From an uncultured Acidobacteriota bacterium (GTDB lineage: Bacteria; Acidobacteriota; Vicinamibacteria; Vicinamibacterales; CAVVIG01): a stretch of DNA of 64,000 bases. Below, in pieces: positions 39,266 to 49,342 of the stretch (its first letter is position 1; the number at the start of each line of letters is the position of its first letter). The translations under genes and the position numbers were made by a program. The DNA lies in contig CAWBMO010000006.1 in NCBI GenBank assembly GCA_963789965.1, forward strand, positions 402,136 to 466,135, read 5' to 3'. The notes under the pieces are model-generated. The model did not search any database. It was not told the DNA's origin and was given only the letters and a program-made list of their open reading frames with translations.

Positions 39266-41086
39266 GTGCTGCCCGCCGACGTCATCGTCGCGCGCGACCC
39301 GGACGGCACGATCCGGGCGCGATCGCCCCACGCGCTCGGGCCGTATCCCGAGCGAATCACCGATAGGCTGAACCACTGGGCGGCCGTTGCACCAGACCGC
39401 CCATTTCTCGCCGCGCGCGGCGCCGACGGCGCCTGGCGCTATCTGACCTACGGCCAGGCGCACCGCCGCGTGCGCAGCCTCGCGCAGGCGCTGCTGACCC
39501 GTCGCCTCTCCCACGATCGCACCATTGTCATTCTGTCTGGCAACAGCATCGAGCACGCAGCCGTCGCCCTCGCAGCGATGTACTGTGGCGTGCCGTACGC
39601 GCCGGTGGCTCCCGCCTACTCGCTGCACGTGCGCGACCACGACGCGCTGTGCCGCCTGTTGGCCCTCATGCGTCCCGGGCTTGTCTTTGCAGACGATGGA
39701 CCGGCGTTCGAACCAGCACTGCGCGACGTGGTTCGGGGCGACGTGGAGATCGTCACGAGCGTGCCCCCCCGCGAGATGACCGCAACGCCGCTGGCGGAGC
39801 TGGAGGCGACGACGCCCACATCCGCCGTTGATGATGCGCACGCCCGCGTGACAGCCGACACGATCGCCAAGGTGCTCTTCACGTCGGGATCTACGGGACG
39901 GCCGAAGGGCGTCATCAACACGCAGCGCATGCTGTGCGCCAACCAGGAGCAGCTCAGGACGGTGCTGGGCTTTCTCGCTGACCCGCCGCCGGTGCTTTGC
40001 GACTGGCTGCCGTGGAACCACACGTTCGGCGGCAACCACAACTTCGGCATCGTGCTCTACAACGGCGGCACGCTGTACCTCGACGAGGGCCGGCCGGTAC
40101 CGGGACAGATGGAATGCACCCTCGCCAACCTGCGCGAGATTGCCACGACGGCCTACTTCAACGTGCCGCGCGGGTTCGAGATGCTGCTACCGGTGCTCCG
40201 CCAGGACGCGGCCTTCGGGCGCCACTTCTTCAGCCGGCTCCAGGCGCTTTTCTTTGCCGCCGCTGGTCTGCGGTCGGAGGTTGCCGATGGCATGCAGGAA
40301 CTGGCCATCGCGACGCTGGGCCAGCCCGTCCCCTGGATTACGGGCCTGGGGGCGACGGAAAGCGCACCGTTCGCGCTCTGCACCGGCGCGCTGTTGTCGA
40401 CCACGACGCACATTGGCGTACCGGTGCCGGGCCTCGAGCTGAAAGCTGCGCCAACGGGCGATCTGCTCGAAGCGAGGCTCCGCGGCCCGAACATCACGCC
40501 TGGTTACTGGGGCGACGAGGAACTGACGCGAGCCTCGTTCGACGATGAGGGGTTTTATCGGATGCAAGATGCGATCGCGCCAGCCGACCCCAACGATCTG
40601 TCGCGGGGGTTCATGTTTCGCGGCCGCATCAACGAGGATTTCAAGCTCTCGACGGGCACCTGGGTTCGGGTCGGCACCCTGCGCACGCGGCTGCTGGCGG
40701 CGCTCGGCGAGATTGCACAGGATGTGGTCATCACCGGCCATGAACGCGACCGTGTCGGCGCGCTGATCTTTCCGAACGCGATCGCCTGCCGCGCCATGGC
40801 GTCGGCAGACGCAGCCACGCCTTACGTCGACGTTCTCGGGCATCCGGCCGTACGGCAGACGTTCATCGATCGGCTGACCGCCTACAATGAGACGAGCGTG
40901 GGCAGCTCCACGATCATTCATCGCGCACTGCTGCTCGACACGCCGCCGTCGTTTGAGGCCGCGGAGATCACCGACAAAGGTTCGATCAATCAGCGCGTCG
41001 TACTGGTCCGTCGCGCCGCGCTGGTCGATGCGCTTTATGACACGCCTGGCGACGATCTGTTGATTCGACTTGGAGGCTTCCGATGA
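39266..41086 (+). CDS. AMP-dependent acyl-CoA synthetase (feruloyl-CoA-synthase-like long form)
   Basis: AMP-binding motif LFTSGSTGRPKGV. The N-terminal block DRPFLAARGADGAWRYLTYGQA and the C-terminal TDKGSINQR block are typical of this subfamily. Start is uncertain (TTG 39248/39251 or GTG 39266). The track ORF from 38858 is antisense to terS and rejected. Confidence 0.8.
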   Translation: MLPADVIVARDPDGTIRARSPHALGPYPERITDRLNHWAAVAPDRPFLAARGADGAWRYLTYGQAHRRVRSLAQALLTRRLSHDRTIVILSGNSIEHAAVALAAMYCGVPYAPVAPAYSLHVRDHDALCRLLALMRPGLVFADDGPAFEPALRDVVRGDVEIVTSVPPREMTATPLAELEATTPTSAVDDAHARVTADTIAKVLFTSGSTGRPKGVINTQRMLCANQEQLRTVLGFLADPPPVLCDWLPWNHTFGGNHNFGIVLYNGGTLYLDEGRPVPGQMECTLANLREIATTAYFNVPRGFEMLLPVLRQDAAFGRHFFSRLQALFFAAAGLRSEVADGMQELAIATLGQPVPWITGLGATESAPFALCTGALLSTTTHIGVPVPGLELKAAPTGDLLEARLRGPNITPGYWGDEELTRASFDDEGFYRMQDAIAPADPNDLSRGFMFRGRINEDFKLSTGTWVRVGTLRTRLLAALGEIAQDVVITGHERDRVGALIFPNAIACRAMASADAATPYVDVLGHPAVRQTFIDRLTAYNETSVGSSTIIHRALLLDTPPSFEAAEITDKGSINQRVVLVRRAALVDALYDTPGDDLLIRLGGFR

Positions 41087-41953
41087 CCGCGAGCCGCACG
41101 ATCGATCCCACGGGCCTGACCGCGATTGACGTGCACGTGCACCTCGAGGCGCCGAAGAGCGACAATCCAGCGGACGCCGCAGCCGTGAAGTACTTCGGCG
41201 ACAGCGGCATGCCGCGCGACGGCGCGGCGTTGGCCGACCACTACCGATCGCGGCACATGGCCTGCGTGCTCTTCACGGTCGACGAACGGCTCACGGGCCG
41301 CGCGCAGGTATCGAACGAGGCGGTCATCGAGCTGGCGCGGCGCCAATCCGGACGTGATCATTCCGTTTGCGAGCCTCGATCCGACTCGTGGGCCTGAAGC
41401 CGTGCGCGAAGCCAGACGCCTGATAGCCGATGGGCACATCCGCGGACTGAAGCTGCACCCGCCGCTGCAGCAGTTCGCGCCAAACGATCGGATCGCCTAC
41501 CCGCTTTACGAAGTGTTCGCCGCAGCCAGGCTGCCCGTGCTCTTTCACACGGGACACAGCGGCATCGGCACCGGCATGCCGGGCGGCGGCGGTGTTCGGC
41601 TGAAGTACGGCCATCCGATGCTGATTGACGATGTCGCGGTGGATTTTCCGGAGCTGCCCATCATCCTGGCGCACCCGTCGTTTCCGTGGCAGGACGAAGC
41701 CATCTCGGTGTGCCTGCACAAACCGACGGTCTACATCGATCTGTCGGGCTGGTTGCCGAAGTACTTCTCGCCCACGCTCGTGCAGTACGCGAACACGCTG
41801 CTCAAGTCGAAGGTGCTCTTCGGCACAGACTATCCGTTCATCACGCCGGACCGGTGGCTGGCGGATTTCGAAACAATCCCCATCCGCGATGAAGTGCGGC
41901 CGCTGATTCTGAAAGAGAACGCGGTCAAACTGTTCCGATTGAGCACCGGCTAG
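41083..41953 (+). pseudogene. Amidohydrolase-2 family (PF04909-like) hydrolase split by one frameshift
   Basis: IDVHVHL metal motif in frame 1 (41083-41397). The rest (NPDVIIPFASLDP...LKLHP...FHTGH...FGTDYPF) is in frame 2 from ~41345. One extra C at ~41341-41344. ATG overlaps the ligase stop (ATGA). Confidence 0.75.
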
Positions 41954-41954
41954 C

Positions 41955-42050
41955 GCGCTTTTCACCATGCTGTAGTGTCCGCCTTCAGGCGGACCGCCCA
42001 CAGGTCCGGCTAAAGCCGGACACTACGTACTACGGCGTGGTGAAAAGCGC
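41955..42050. repeat. REP-like composite palindrome
   Basis: Outer IR GCGCTTTTCACCA / TGGTGAAAAGCGC encloses hairpins GTCCGCCttcaGGCGGAC (41977-41994) and GTCCGGCtaaaGCCGGAC (42004-42021). Confidence 0.7.
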
Positions 42051-42074
42051 TGTAGCCGCGAAGGTGGAAGTCGC

Positions 42075-42098
42075 GAAGGGGGGACGAATCCCCCCTTC
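42075..42098. terminator. GC-rich hairpin between convergent genes
   Basis: GAAGGGGGGAcgaaTCCCCCCTTC is a perfect 10-bp stem lying 5 nt from the stop of the minus-strand receptor gene. Confidence 0.55.
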
Positions 42099-42102
42099 CC
42101 TG

Positions 42103-45100
42103 TTAGAAGTCGACCGTCACGTTCCAGCGGACGAACCGCGGCGTGTAGATCGCCGTCGGGTTGTTCCATGTGCCGCCCTGCGCCGTATTGCCGACACTGT
42201 ACTGATATGTGTCCTCAAACGTCGTCGCGTAATTGGTGTTCAGCAGGTTGCCCAGGTCGACGCCCACATTCGCGCGCCTCGACCCGAATCGGAAGATCTT
42301 CGCGAATCCGCATGTCGATCTGCGTGCGCCGATCGTCGGCATACAGCCGATGGTCGTTGTCGATGATCGCGATGTTCGTGTTGCCAGTTGCGTTACCTCC
42401 CGGCGGCAGCCGTCCGGTGATGTCCCTGGATCACCGTATTTGGCACCTGCCAGGTGGCGACGCGCTCGACCCCCGGCTGCGAGCGCAGTGTGGCGCTGAC
42501 GAGCACATCGACCTTTGGAATCGTGTACGACGCCAGCCCCCGGAGGGTGGTCTGGAACGGATCGACGTCGCGGCAATTGCGGAGGTCTTTTATCGTGGTC
42601 TGGGTGGTCCCGTCCATCACCGCGGCGGCCGCGCAGCTGTCCGTAGTCGATCGGCCGGTCGATGTCCCGAACTGGAACGTCAGTCCCTGGCGGAGACGCG
42701 CGTTCAGCGTGAAATCGACGCCGTGCCAGTAATTTGTGCGCTCCGGGCCGAAGTCCGTTTCGAACGTGACGTAGGTTCTGCGCGCCCTTAGCGGCTGCCG
42801 CCGCCGTCACCATCTGCAACGCGATCGGGTATCCGCCGCCGCCGGGCAGCCGCGGATCCGACGGGGCCAGGATGGTGAACGCCTGGTAGTCGGCGGGCCC
42901 GCGAAGGCTATTGTCCGTAACTTTCTCTCCGTGGAACCACCGGCGGTTGTAGCCGACCTCCACCGACACGCGTGGCATCACCTCCTGCTGAACGTTGATC
43001 CCCCACTGCCAGTCGTTTTGACGGACGCCCCAGCCCGTGAGCGTGGCCGGGTTCACCGTTGTCGTCGGATTGGCCTTCCCGAAGTTCAGGTCGTTGCCGG
43101 TCAGCGCGGAGCACTCGCCGTTCTGGGCGAAAGTTCATGATGTTGCAGTCGATGATCTTGTTGTTGTTCGCGTCGCCCCAGTTCCGGTTGACAGTCCGAA
43201 CGATGCGAGCCTGCGGGCTGTTGCTGGTGTACTCGCTGTCGTTCGTCGCGGCATCGAGGTAGTGGCCGAGGTTGAACTTCAGCGCCGTCTTGCCGTTGCC
43301 GAACAGATCGTAGGCGACGCCCATGCGCGGCGTGATGTCGTTGAACGCGTCGACGCCGGGCGTCCGCTCGAAGGTAAACGGCGCCGCATTGAACTTCGAT
43401 GTCAGCGTCGTCCCGTTGTCCGCCGCCGGGCTGAAGCTCGAGGCGCGGTCGTAGCGCAGCGCGCCCTGCAGCGTCAACCGGCCGCGCGTCCACCTGTCCT
43501 GGATATACAACGCCGACGTCGACGTGCGGTCCGCCGTCCCCCACGTCGGCAGCCGGAACGTGAACTGATTCGGCACGCCCGCATTGAACCGGTAGGACAC
43601 CTGCGACTCGGGAATGCCGTTGTAAAAATTCACTCGGATGTAGCCGCCCTGGTAGCCGACCTTCAGGTCGTGAGACCCCGTGACGTACGACGCCGAGGCG
43701 CGCCACATGTTCGGGTTGGCGTAGTTGGTGTTGGTCATCGGGACCCCCCGATAGACGTAGTTCGCCCGCGGAGCGTACCGCTGCCCCGTCGCCGGATTGA
43801 TCGCCGTGGACTGCTCGGTCACCGAGATCAGATCGAAGATCCCCTCCGGCGGGACGCTGCCCGTCGTGCCGCCGCGGAACATGAATCGGCTGAAGCCGGC
43901 CTCGAGGAGCAGCTTGTTCGTCATCGGCGCGCTCCAGACCGCCTGCGTCAGGTGATACGGGGTGTTGAAATAGTTTGGATTCGCCTCGGGCGACACGGTC
44001 GCCGTTCCTGCCGCGACCCAATCGGCGCCTCGCGTGTTGCAGCCGTCGACGCCGGCCTTCAGCGGTGACCCCTCGCAGCGGTTCTGGTACTCGTGGCCGA
44101 AAGAGACACGATTCTTGTCGGAAACCTGCGCCGTGAACCGCCCGATGTACATCGTGCGCCCCTGGATCTGGCGCGCCGTGACGCTGTTGTCGGCCACCCA
44201 GTCCCAGCGTGCGGCGTTGAAGGCGTTCGCATTGGCGACGACCCCCTGGACCGGCGTCACCGTGTCGAGCTTGCGGTAGCTCCCAAAGAACCACAGTCGA
44301 TCGCGCTTGATCGGGCCGCCGTACGAGACGCTCGCGTCGTAGGCGTTGATGATGCCGGGCGCCTCGGTGAGGCCGACGGCGCGCAGCTCGTCGGTGAGGT
44401 TGTTGCCCCGTGACCAATCGCCCGCGTTGTTGAAAAACGCCTGGCCGCGAAAGTCGTTGCCGCCCGTGCGCGGTACGAGGTTCATCACGGGCCCGCCGAT
44501 GTCCGACTCGCCCATGCCGCCGGAGACGGACACCGAGACCTCGTCGACGTTGACCGAGTCGAGGGTGTACGTCGACACGCCGCCGCCGTTGAACGGCGCC
44601 GCCACCGTCATGCCGTTGACCGCCATGCGGCCTTCATTGGTCGGGCCGCCGCGCGACGAGAAGAAAGTCATGGTGGGCGACGCGTTGAGTCCGGTGTCGC
44701 CGACCACGAGGCCGGGCGTGGCATTCAGCAGGGAGCCGACGGCGCGTGTGGCCGGGATGCTCGCGATGACGTCCGCGCTGAGCACAGCCTGACGCTGGAC
44801 TGCTCTGGACGTCGACCACCGGCGTCTCGCCGGTGACCGTGATCGTCTCCGCCAGGGCGCCTACACGCATCTCGGCCGGAATCGTCAGCGTCGCGGTGCC
44901 GCCGAGCTCGACGCCCTCCCGCCTGACGACGTTGAAGCCGGGCAGCGTGAACGTCAGCGAGTACGTGCCGGGATTCAGACCGGTGATGCGGTACTGCCCC
45001 GCGCCGTCGGTGACTCCCGTGCGCACCTTTTCGATGAGGGCCGGGCTGGACGCCTCGACGGTCACGCCAGGCAGTATGCCGCCGGATTGGTCCTTGACGG

Positions 45101-45188
45101 TTCCTGTCAGAGTGCCTTGTGCAAACGCCAGGGACGGCAGCAGGACAGCCGCCGTCAGAATCAAGATCGCCTTCGACGCTCCACGCAT
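42103..45188 (-). pseudogene. TonB-dependent-receptor-like outer-membrane protein with N-terminal CarboxypepD_reg domain, multiply frameshifted
   Basis: Signal peptide plus GTLTGTVKDQSGGILPGVTVEA... (44634-45188), barrel body (42908-44785), and further good segments in other frames (43056-~42800, 42620-~42400, ~42330-42103, ending ...RFVRWNVTVDF). Confidence 0.8.
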
Positions 45189-45390
45189 GGTGGGACCTCC
45201 TCAACTAGATTGCGTTTCGACGACAGATCCGCCCTGTCTCGGCGAAGATCTGATGGGCATTCAACGACTTCTGGACATATTTGTCAATGGAGTGGGCCGG
45301 GCTCCTCGCGCAGCCCCGCGTGTGAGTGGACCGAGCTGAGGGGCTTGTGACCGGTCGGTGAAGTGATCGGTCCGACGGGCAGCCGCGTGT

Positions 45391-46413
45391 CTAGGTCGTC
45401 GAACCCCCGGCCAGCATGTTCAGATAATTGGAGCGGGTAATGCGCGCCGTCACGACCTGCCCTCTCGTGCCGAGGGATTTTCCTGGCTTGTTGTTGATCA
45501 GCAATGACAGGGCCGAGGCGTCGCCAATTCGGAGCACGACTTCGTCGTTCGCTCGCAACAGGATTGTTTCGTCGGCCTTCATCAACCGTTCGAGAGGACT
45601 GCCACCGTCTATATAAGTCCTGATCCAGCATTCTCGCGTGGCGGTGAGCGTCAGGACCAGACCTTCAGGCTCGTCGGCGATCATCGCCATCGGAGTCTTC
45701 GGTTCGACCCGGTCCAACGGCTTCGCGGGAGTCGTAGAAGGTGGCACGTTCAGCGGTGCCTCCCGACGCGTCGAGAATGCCGCCGAAGCTGGCGCGCCCA
45801 GCGGCGCCTCGCGTGAGATTGATCGGTAGAAGAATGAGGCCGGAACCAAAGCCAACACGGCCACAGACGCAACCAAGGCCTTCGTATGAGCCAGCGACAG
45901 CCATAGCAATCCCATTCGGCCATTCTTCACCAGAGCTGCTGGTGGCTCAGCTTCCGGCGGTCCGACGATCTCCAATGCCTGGTTCGGTTGTGCCGAACGA
46001 ATTTGGTTTTTTGACAACACCTCCGTGGCCCTGCGCAGCGCGCCCATGCTGGACTCGAGGCAACTCGCTACCTCGATCTGGAGGAGTGTCAGTCGGTCGT
46101 CAACTCGGTCGCTTCCGACCATCGTGGCCTGTGGCTCCGGTGAACACACCTCTGTGGCCGTGCGCAGCGCGCCGATGCTGACCTCGAGACAACCCGCTAC
46201 TTCGATTTGGAGGAGTGTGAGCCGATCGTCATCGCGGCGGCGGTACTCTTCGGCCCGCGCGGCGATGAACGTCTCCAGCTGCGCGAGGTCTTCTTCAAGG
46301 CGTCGTCGGTCGGCGGCCGTCCGACTTAAGAACTCGTCCACCTGCCCAGGGTCGTAACCTCGCCAGCGCAGCCGGAACGGGCCCGAGGGCTTAGCAGTCA
46401 GTGGTGTGATCAT
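45391..46413 (-). CDS. DivIVA-domain / RodZ-C-terminal (DUF4115)-like protein
   Basis: RWRGYDPGQVDEFL DivIVA-type N-terminus, a central TM segment, and a C-terminal WIRTYIDGG...LRIGDASALSLLINNKP DUF4115-like block. Confidence 0.7.
   Translation of the reverse strand: MITPLTAKPSGPFRLRWRGYDPGQVDEFLSRTAADRRRLEEDLAQLETFIAARAEEYRRRDDDRLTLLQIEVAGCLEVSIGALRTATEVCSPEPQATMVGSDRVDDRLTLLQIEVASCLESSMGALRRATEVLSKNQIRSAQPNQALEIVGPPEAEPPAALVKNGRMGLLWLSLAHTKALVASVAVLALVPASFFYRSISREAPLGAPASAAFSTRREAPLNVPPSTTPAKPLDRVEPKTPMAMIADEPEGLVLTLTATRECWIRTYIDGGSPLERLMKADETILLRANDEVVLRIGDASALSLLINNKPGKSLGTRGQVVTARITRSNYLNMLAGGSTT
46019..46231. repeat. Intragenic 129-bp (43-aa) tandem duplication
   Basis: DDRLTLLQIEVAGCLEVSIGALRTATEV and DDRLTLLQIEVASCLESSMGALRRATEV lie 43 aa apart. 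The DNA copies are clearly similar. Confidence 0.8.
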
Positions 46414-46516
46414 GGCAGCACCGTCGATACCTTATCGGCTCGACATGCAGCCGGCACTAGGCTGGAGGCCCTGTGACGGGCCGGCGATCAGGGCTGGGGC
46501 GACGGCGAGGTCGGGT

Positions 46517-47581
46517 TCACCGGCGCCGCAAGGTGCTTCGAGAAGAACGGCAGCACGTTCCTCTCGATCCGGTCGAGAACCTTGTTCGTGTGGTCGCCGT
46601 CGTACTCCTCGTAGCTGTGGGGATCCGCAGCCGCGTCATCGCGTCGTGCAATTGCCTGTTCGACGCGAGCAATGTGTCATCTGTGCCGACGTCGACCGCG
46701 ATGCGATAGTACTTGTTCAGGTTCGACGCGTATTGATCGATCATCTCGACTGGCGCGTTGGCCACCCACTTCGCGACGATGTCGGGGCGCACCTTGCCGT
46801 TCATCATCGGGAGATCGAGATAGAGGGGCGGGTTCTTGGGATTCGGCGACCACGCCGCGGCGGACGCGAGGTTGACGGAGGGCCCGAAACCGGGGACGCG
46901 TGACGCTTCCTCGGCCTGCGCGCGCGTCTTGATGGCTTCCGATGCCGCCATCGCCTCCGCCCGCGGAGTGCGGTTTGCCGTCAGGCAGCACGCGCTCATG
47001 ATGTACAAGCTCGAGAACACGTCGGGCCGCTTCATTCCGATACGAACCGCGCCGTATCCCCCCATCGAGTGGCCGCCCAGGCCGCGACTCATGCGGTTGG
47101 CGATCGTGCGGTAATGGCCATCGATGTAGGCGACGAGATCCTCTGCGACGAAGCGCTCCCAATCGCCGGTCGTGGGCGAATTCGAATACATGCTGCCCTT
47201 GTGCAGGGAGAACGCGTTGGGTGTCACAACGATCGCCGCGCTGAACCCTTGGGCGACGGCAAGCCTGTCCGCGCTTTCCTGAAGATTGGCGAGGCGGGCA
47301 GTGAAGGTATCGTCGCGTCCACCGTAGCCATGCAGCAGGTAAACCACGGGATAGCGGCGCATCTCGTCGCTGGCATAGCTCGGGGGCAGGTAGACCGTGA
47401 CCTCGCGATCGGGGGAGTCGCCCTCGAGATTGCCTTCGAGCGCCCTGCCGTGCACGGTGATGTGGGCGACCGTCCCGGTGCCTGCCGGCCGGCCTCCGCG
47501 CCCCTGCGCATCCAGCACCGCCGCGGCGCCGACAGCGAGCGCCACCGCACACGCGACTGAACTCGTCACCTTCACGATCAT
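46517..47581 (-). CDS. Secreted esterase (putative-esterase / esterase-D family)
   Basis: GLGGHSMGGYGA nucleophile motif and YPVVYLLHGYGG. Start chosen at ATG 47581 (MIVKVTSSVACAVALAVGAAA signal peptide) with GGAGG upstream. Confidence 0.8.
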   Translation of the reverse strand: MIVKVTSSVACAVALAVGAAAVLDAQGRGGRPAGTGTVAHITVHGRALEGNLEGDSPDREVTVYLPPSYASDEMRRYPVVYLLHGYGGRDDTFTARLANLQESADRLAVAQGFSAAIVVTPNAFSLHKGSMYSNSPTTGDWERFVAEDLVAYIDGHYRTIANRMSRGLGGHSMGGYGAVRIGMKRPDVFSSLYIMSACCLTANRTPRAEAMAASEAIKTRAQAEEASRVPGFGPSVNLASAAAWSPNPKNPPLYLDLPMMNGKVRPDIVAKWVANAPVEMIDQYASNLNKYYRIAVDVGTDDTLLASNRQLHDAMTRLRIPTATRSTTATTRTRFSTGSRGTCCRSSRSTLRRR

Positions 47582-47723
47582 TTCAACCTCCGGGCGACGG
47601 CTGATTCTAACCCGACGAGGGTCGAAGTGCCGCGCCAGTCTGGTCCAGACTCCTAAGCGTCCCTGAAACGTGATTAGAATACGTCCGCTCCGGGCCTCAT
47701 CCCGGAAACAGGAGGGAACGCTC

Positions 47724-49250
47724 ATGCAGTCCCGATTGACGGTACTGGCGACGGTGGTGATGGCGGCCCTCGGGGTGGCGTCGTGTTCGTCGACGCCGAC
47801 CGCGAGGAGCCTGGTACAGGACGCCCTGTCGGCCATGGGCGGCGCGGACAAGGTAAGGGGCATTCAAGTCATAACGATGAGGGACGGTACAGGCACGCGC
47901 GAACAGCTCCAGGAATCGCGGCATGTAGGTGAACCCGAGCCTCCGGGCACCCTCCGCATGGTCACCGAAATCGTCGACCTGGCCGGCGGCCGCGCGTCGA
48001 TGCACTACCTGATCGACATGGGCGGCTTCATGCAGGACCGGCACGAAGTGCTCACCAAGCGGGGCGACAAGCCCGTGGGCCTCGACTATGTCGGCATGCG
48101 GCCCGTGGTGGCGACGTCGGTCGGCGGCCTCTTCAGCTGGGGCACGCAGAACACGCCCGCGATGGCGCTCAGCCGAAACCCGGTGGCCATCCTGCTCGCC
48201 GCCGCCGACTCGGCGGCGGACACCGGGGCTGTCACGGACAAGGAATTCGCCGGCAAGATGGCCAAGGCCGTCGCCGCCAGGACCAAGTCGGGCGAGGACG
48301 TGACGCTCTACTTCGACCCGCAGTCGAAGCTCCTCGCCGGGTTCGAGACGACCGACAGCGAGGCGCTGACGGGCGACGTGCCGGCGCAGTACGTCCTGGA
48401 CGACTACAAGGCCGTGGACGGCGTCATGCTGCCCCACAAGATCGCGATCACGAAAGGGGGAAAGCCCTACTCGTCGGTCGGATACACGTCGGCGGCCATT
48501 AATGACCAAGCGGCGCTCAAAGATTTCGACATTCCGGAGGCCGCCTCGAAGGAAGCCGACGAAGCTATTGCCGCCGGGGGTGAATATTCGCCTGTGGCGC
48601 TCACCAAGACTGCCGACGGCGTGTACTTCGCGCGCGCGTACTCGCACAACAGCCTGGTCGTCGAGTTCCCGCAGTGGCTGGCCGTCGTCGAGGCGCCTTA
48701 CACCGATGCGCAGAGCGCGACGCTCGTGCGCGTGCTCGCGGCGCAGTTCCCCGGCAAACCCATCAAGTACGCCGCCATCACGCACCATCATTCCGATCAC
48801 ATCGGCGGCGTGCGCGGCATCGTCGCCGCCGGGGCGACGCTGCTCGTCGAGAAGGGCCATGAGGCGCCGCTGCGCTCGATGCTGGACGCCCATTTCACGC
48901 ACCCGGTCGACGGCCTCGAGGCGAAGCGGCAGGCGCAGCAGCCGGTCGGCTCGATCGAGGTCTACGAGGGCAAGAAGGTAATCAGCGACGGCCGGCAGAG
49001 CCTCGAGCTGTACCCATTCATGGGATCGCCGCATGCCGAGCCGATGGTGATGGCGTACGTGCCGAGCGCCAAGGCGCTGTTCCAGAGCGATCTCTGGTTC
49101 CCAGGCACGGGCGGCGCCGGCAATCCCGCCGCGAAGCAACTGCTCGAGTCGATTCGCGCGCTGAAGCTCCAGGTCACCACCAACATCGGCGGCCACGGCG
49201 GTGTCGCGCCGTTCGCGGAGCTGGAAAAGGCCGTCGCGGCGATGAAGTAG
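47724..49250 (+). CDS. Metallo-beta-lactamase-fold hydrolase, lipoprotein-like
   Basis: ITHHHSDHIGG (HxHxDH). N-terminal MQSRLTVLATVVMAALGVASCSS lipobox-like sequence. GGAGGG lies upstream of ATG 47724. Confidence 0.8.
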   Translation: MQSRLTVLATVVMAALGVASCSSTPTARSLVQDALSAMGGADKVRGIQVITMRDGTGTREQLQESRHVGEPEPPGTLRMVTEIVDLAGGRASMHYLIDMGGFMQDRHEVLTKRGDKPVGLDYVGMRPVVATSVGGLFSWGTQNTPAMALSRNPVAILLAAADSAADTGAVTDKEFAGKMAKAVAARTKSGEDVTLYFDPQSKLLAGFETTDSEALTGDVPAQYVLDDYKAVDGVMLPHKIAITKGGKPYSSVGYTSAAINDQAALKDFDIPEAASKEADEAIAAGGEYSPVALTKTADGVYFARAYSHNSLVVEFPQWLAVVEAPYTDAQSATLVRVLAAQFPGKPIKYAAITHHHSDHIGGVRGIVAAGATLLVEKGHEAPLRSMLDAHFTHPVDGLEAKRQAQQPVGSIEVYEGKKVISDGRQSLELYPFMGSPHAEPMVMAYVPSAKALFQSDLWFPGTGGAGNPAAKQLLESIRALKLQVTTNIGGHGGVAPFAELEKAVAAMK

Positions 49251-49342
49251 GGCCGCTGAGACTTGGCTCATCTGCCGAGAAAACCATCAAAGGAGGCCGT
49301 AGGGATCCGCGATCCTCGAAGGGACAAGCGACGTTCGGCGTG

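Noticed and set aside
47697-49271. 524-aa minus-strand ORF antisense to the MBL-fold hydrolase. Similar long antisense ORFs include 54556-55749(-), 31138-32346(+), 29716-31032(+), 13077-14237(+), 35062-35883(-), 39161-40039(-) and 43037-44068(+).
   Set aside because: These are Arg/Gly/Pro-rich, low-complexity translations typical of the antisense frames of high-GC genes. Each fully overlaps an ORF with clear family motifs on the other strand.
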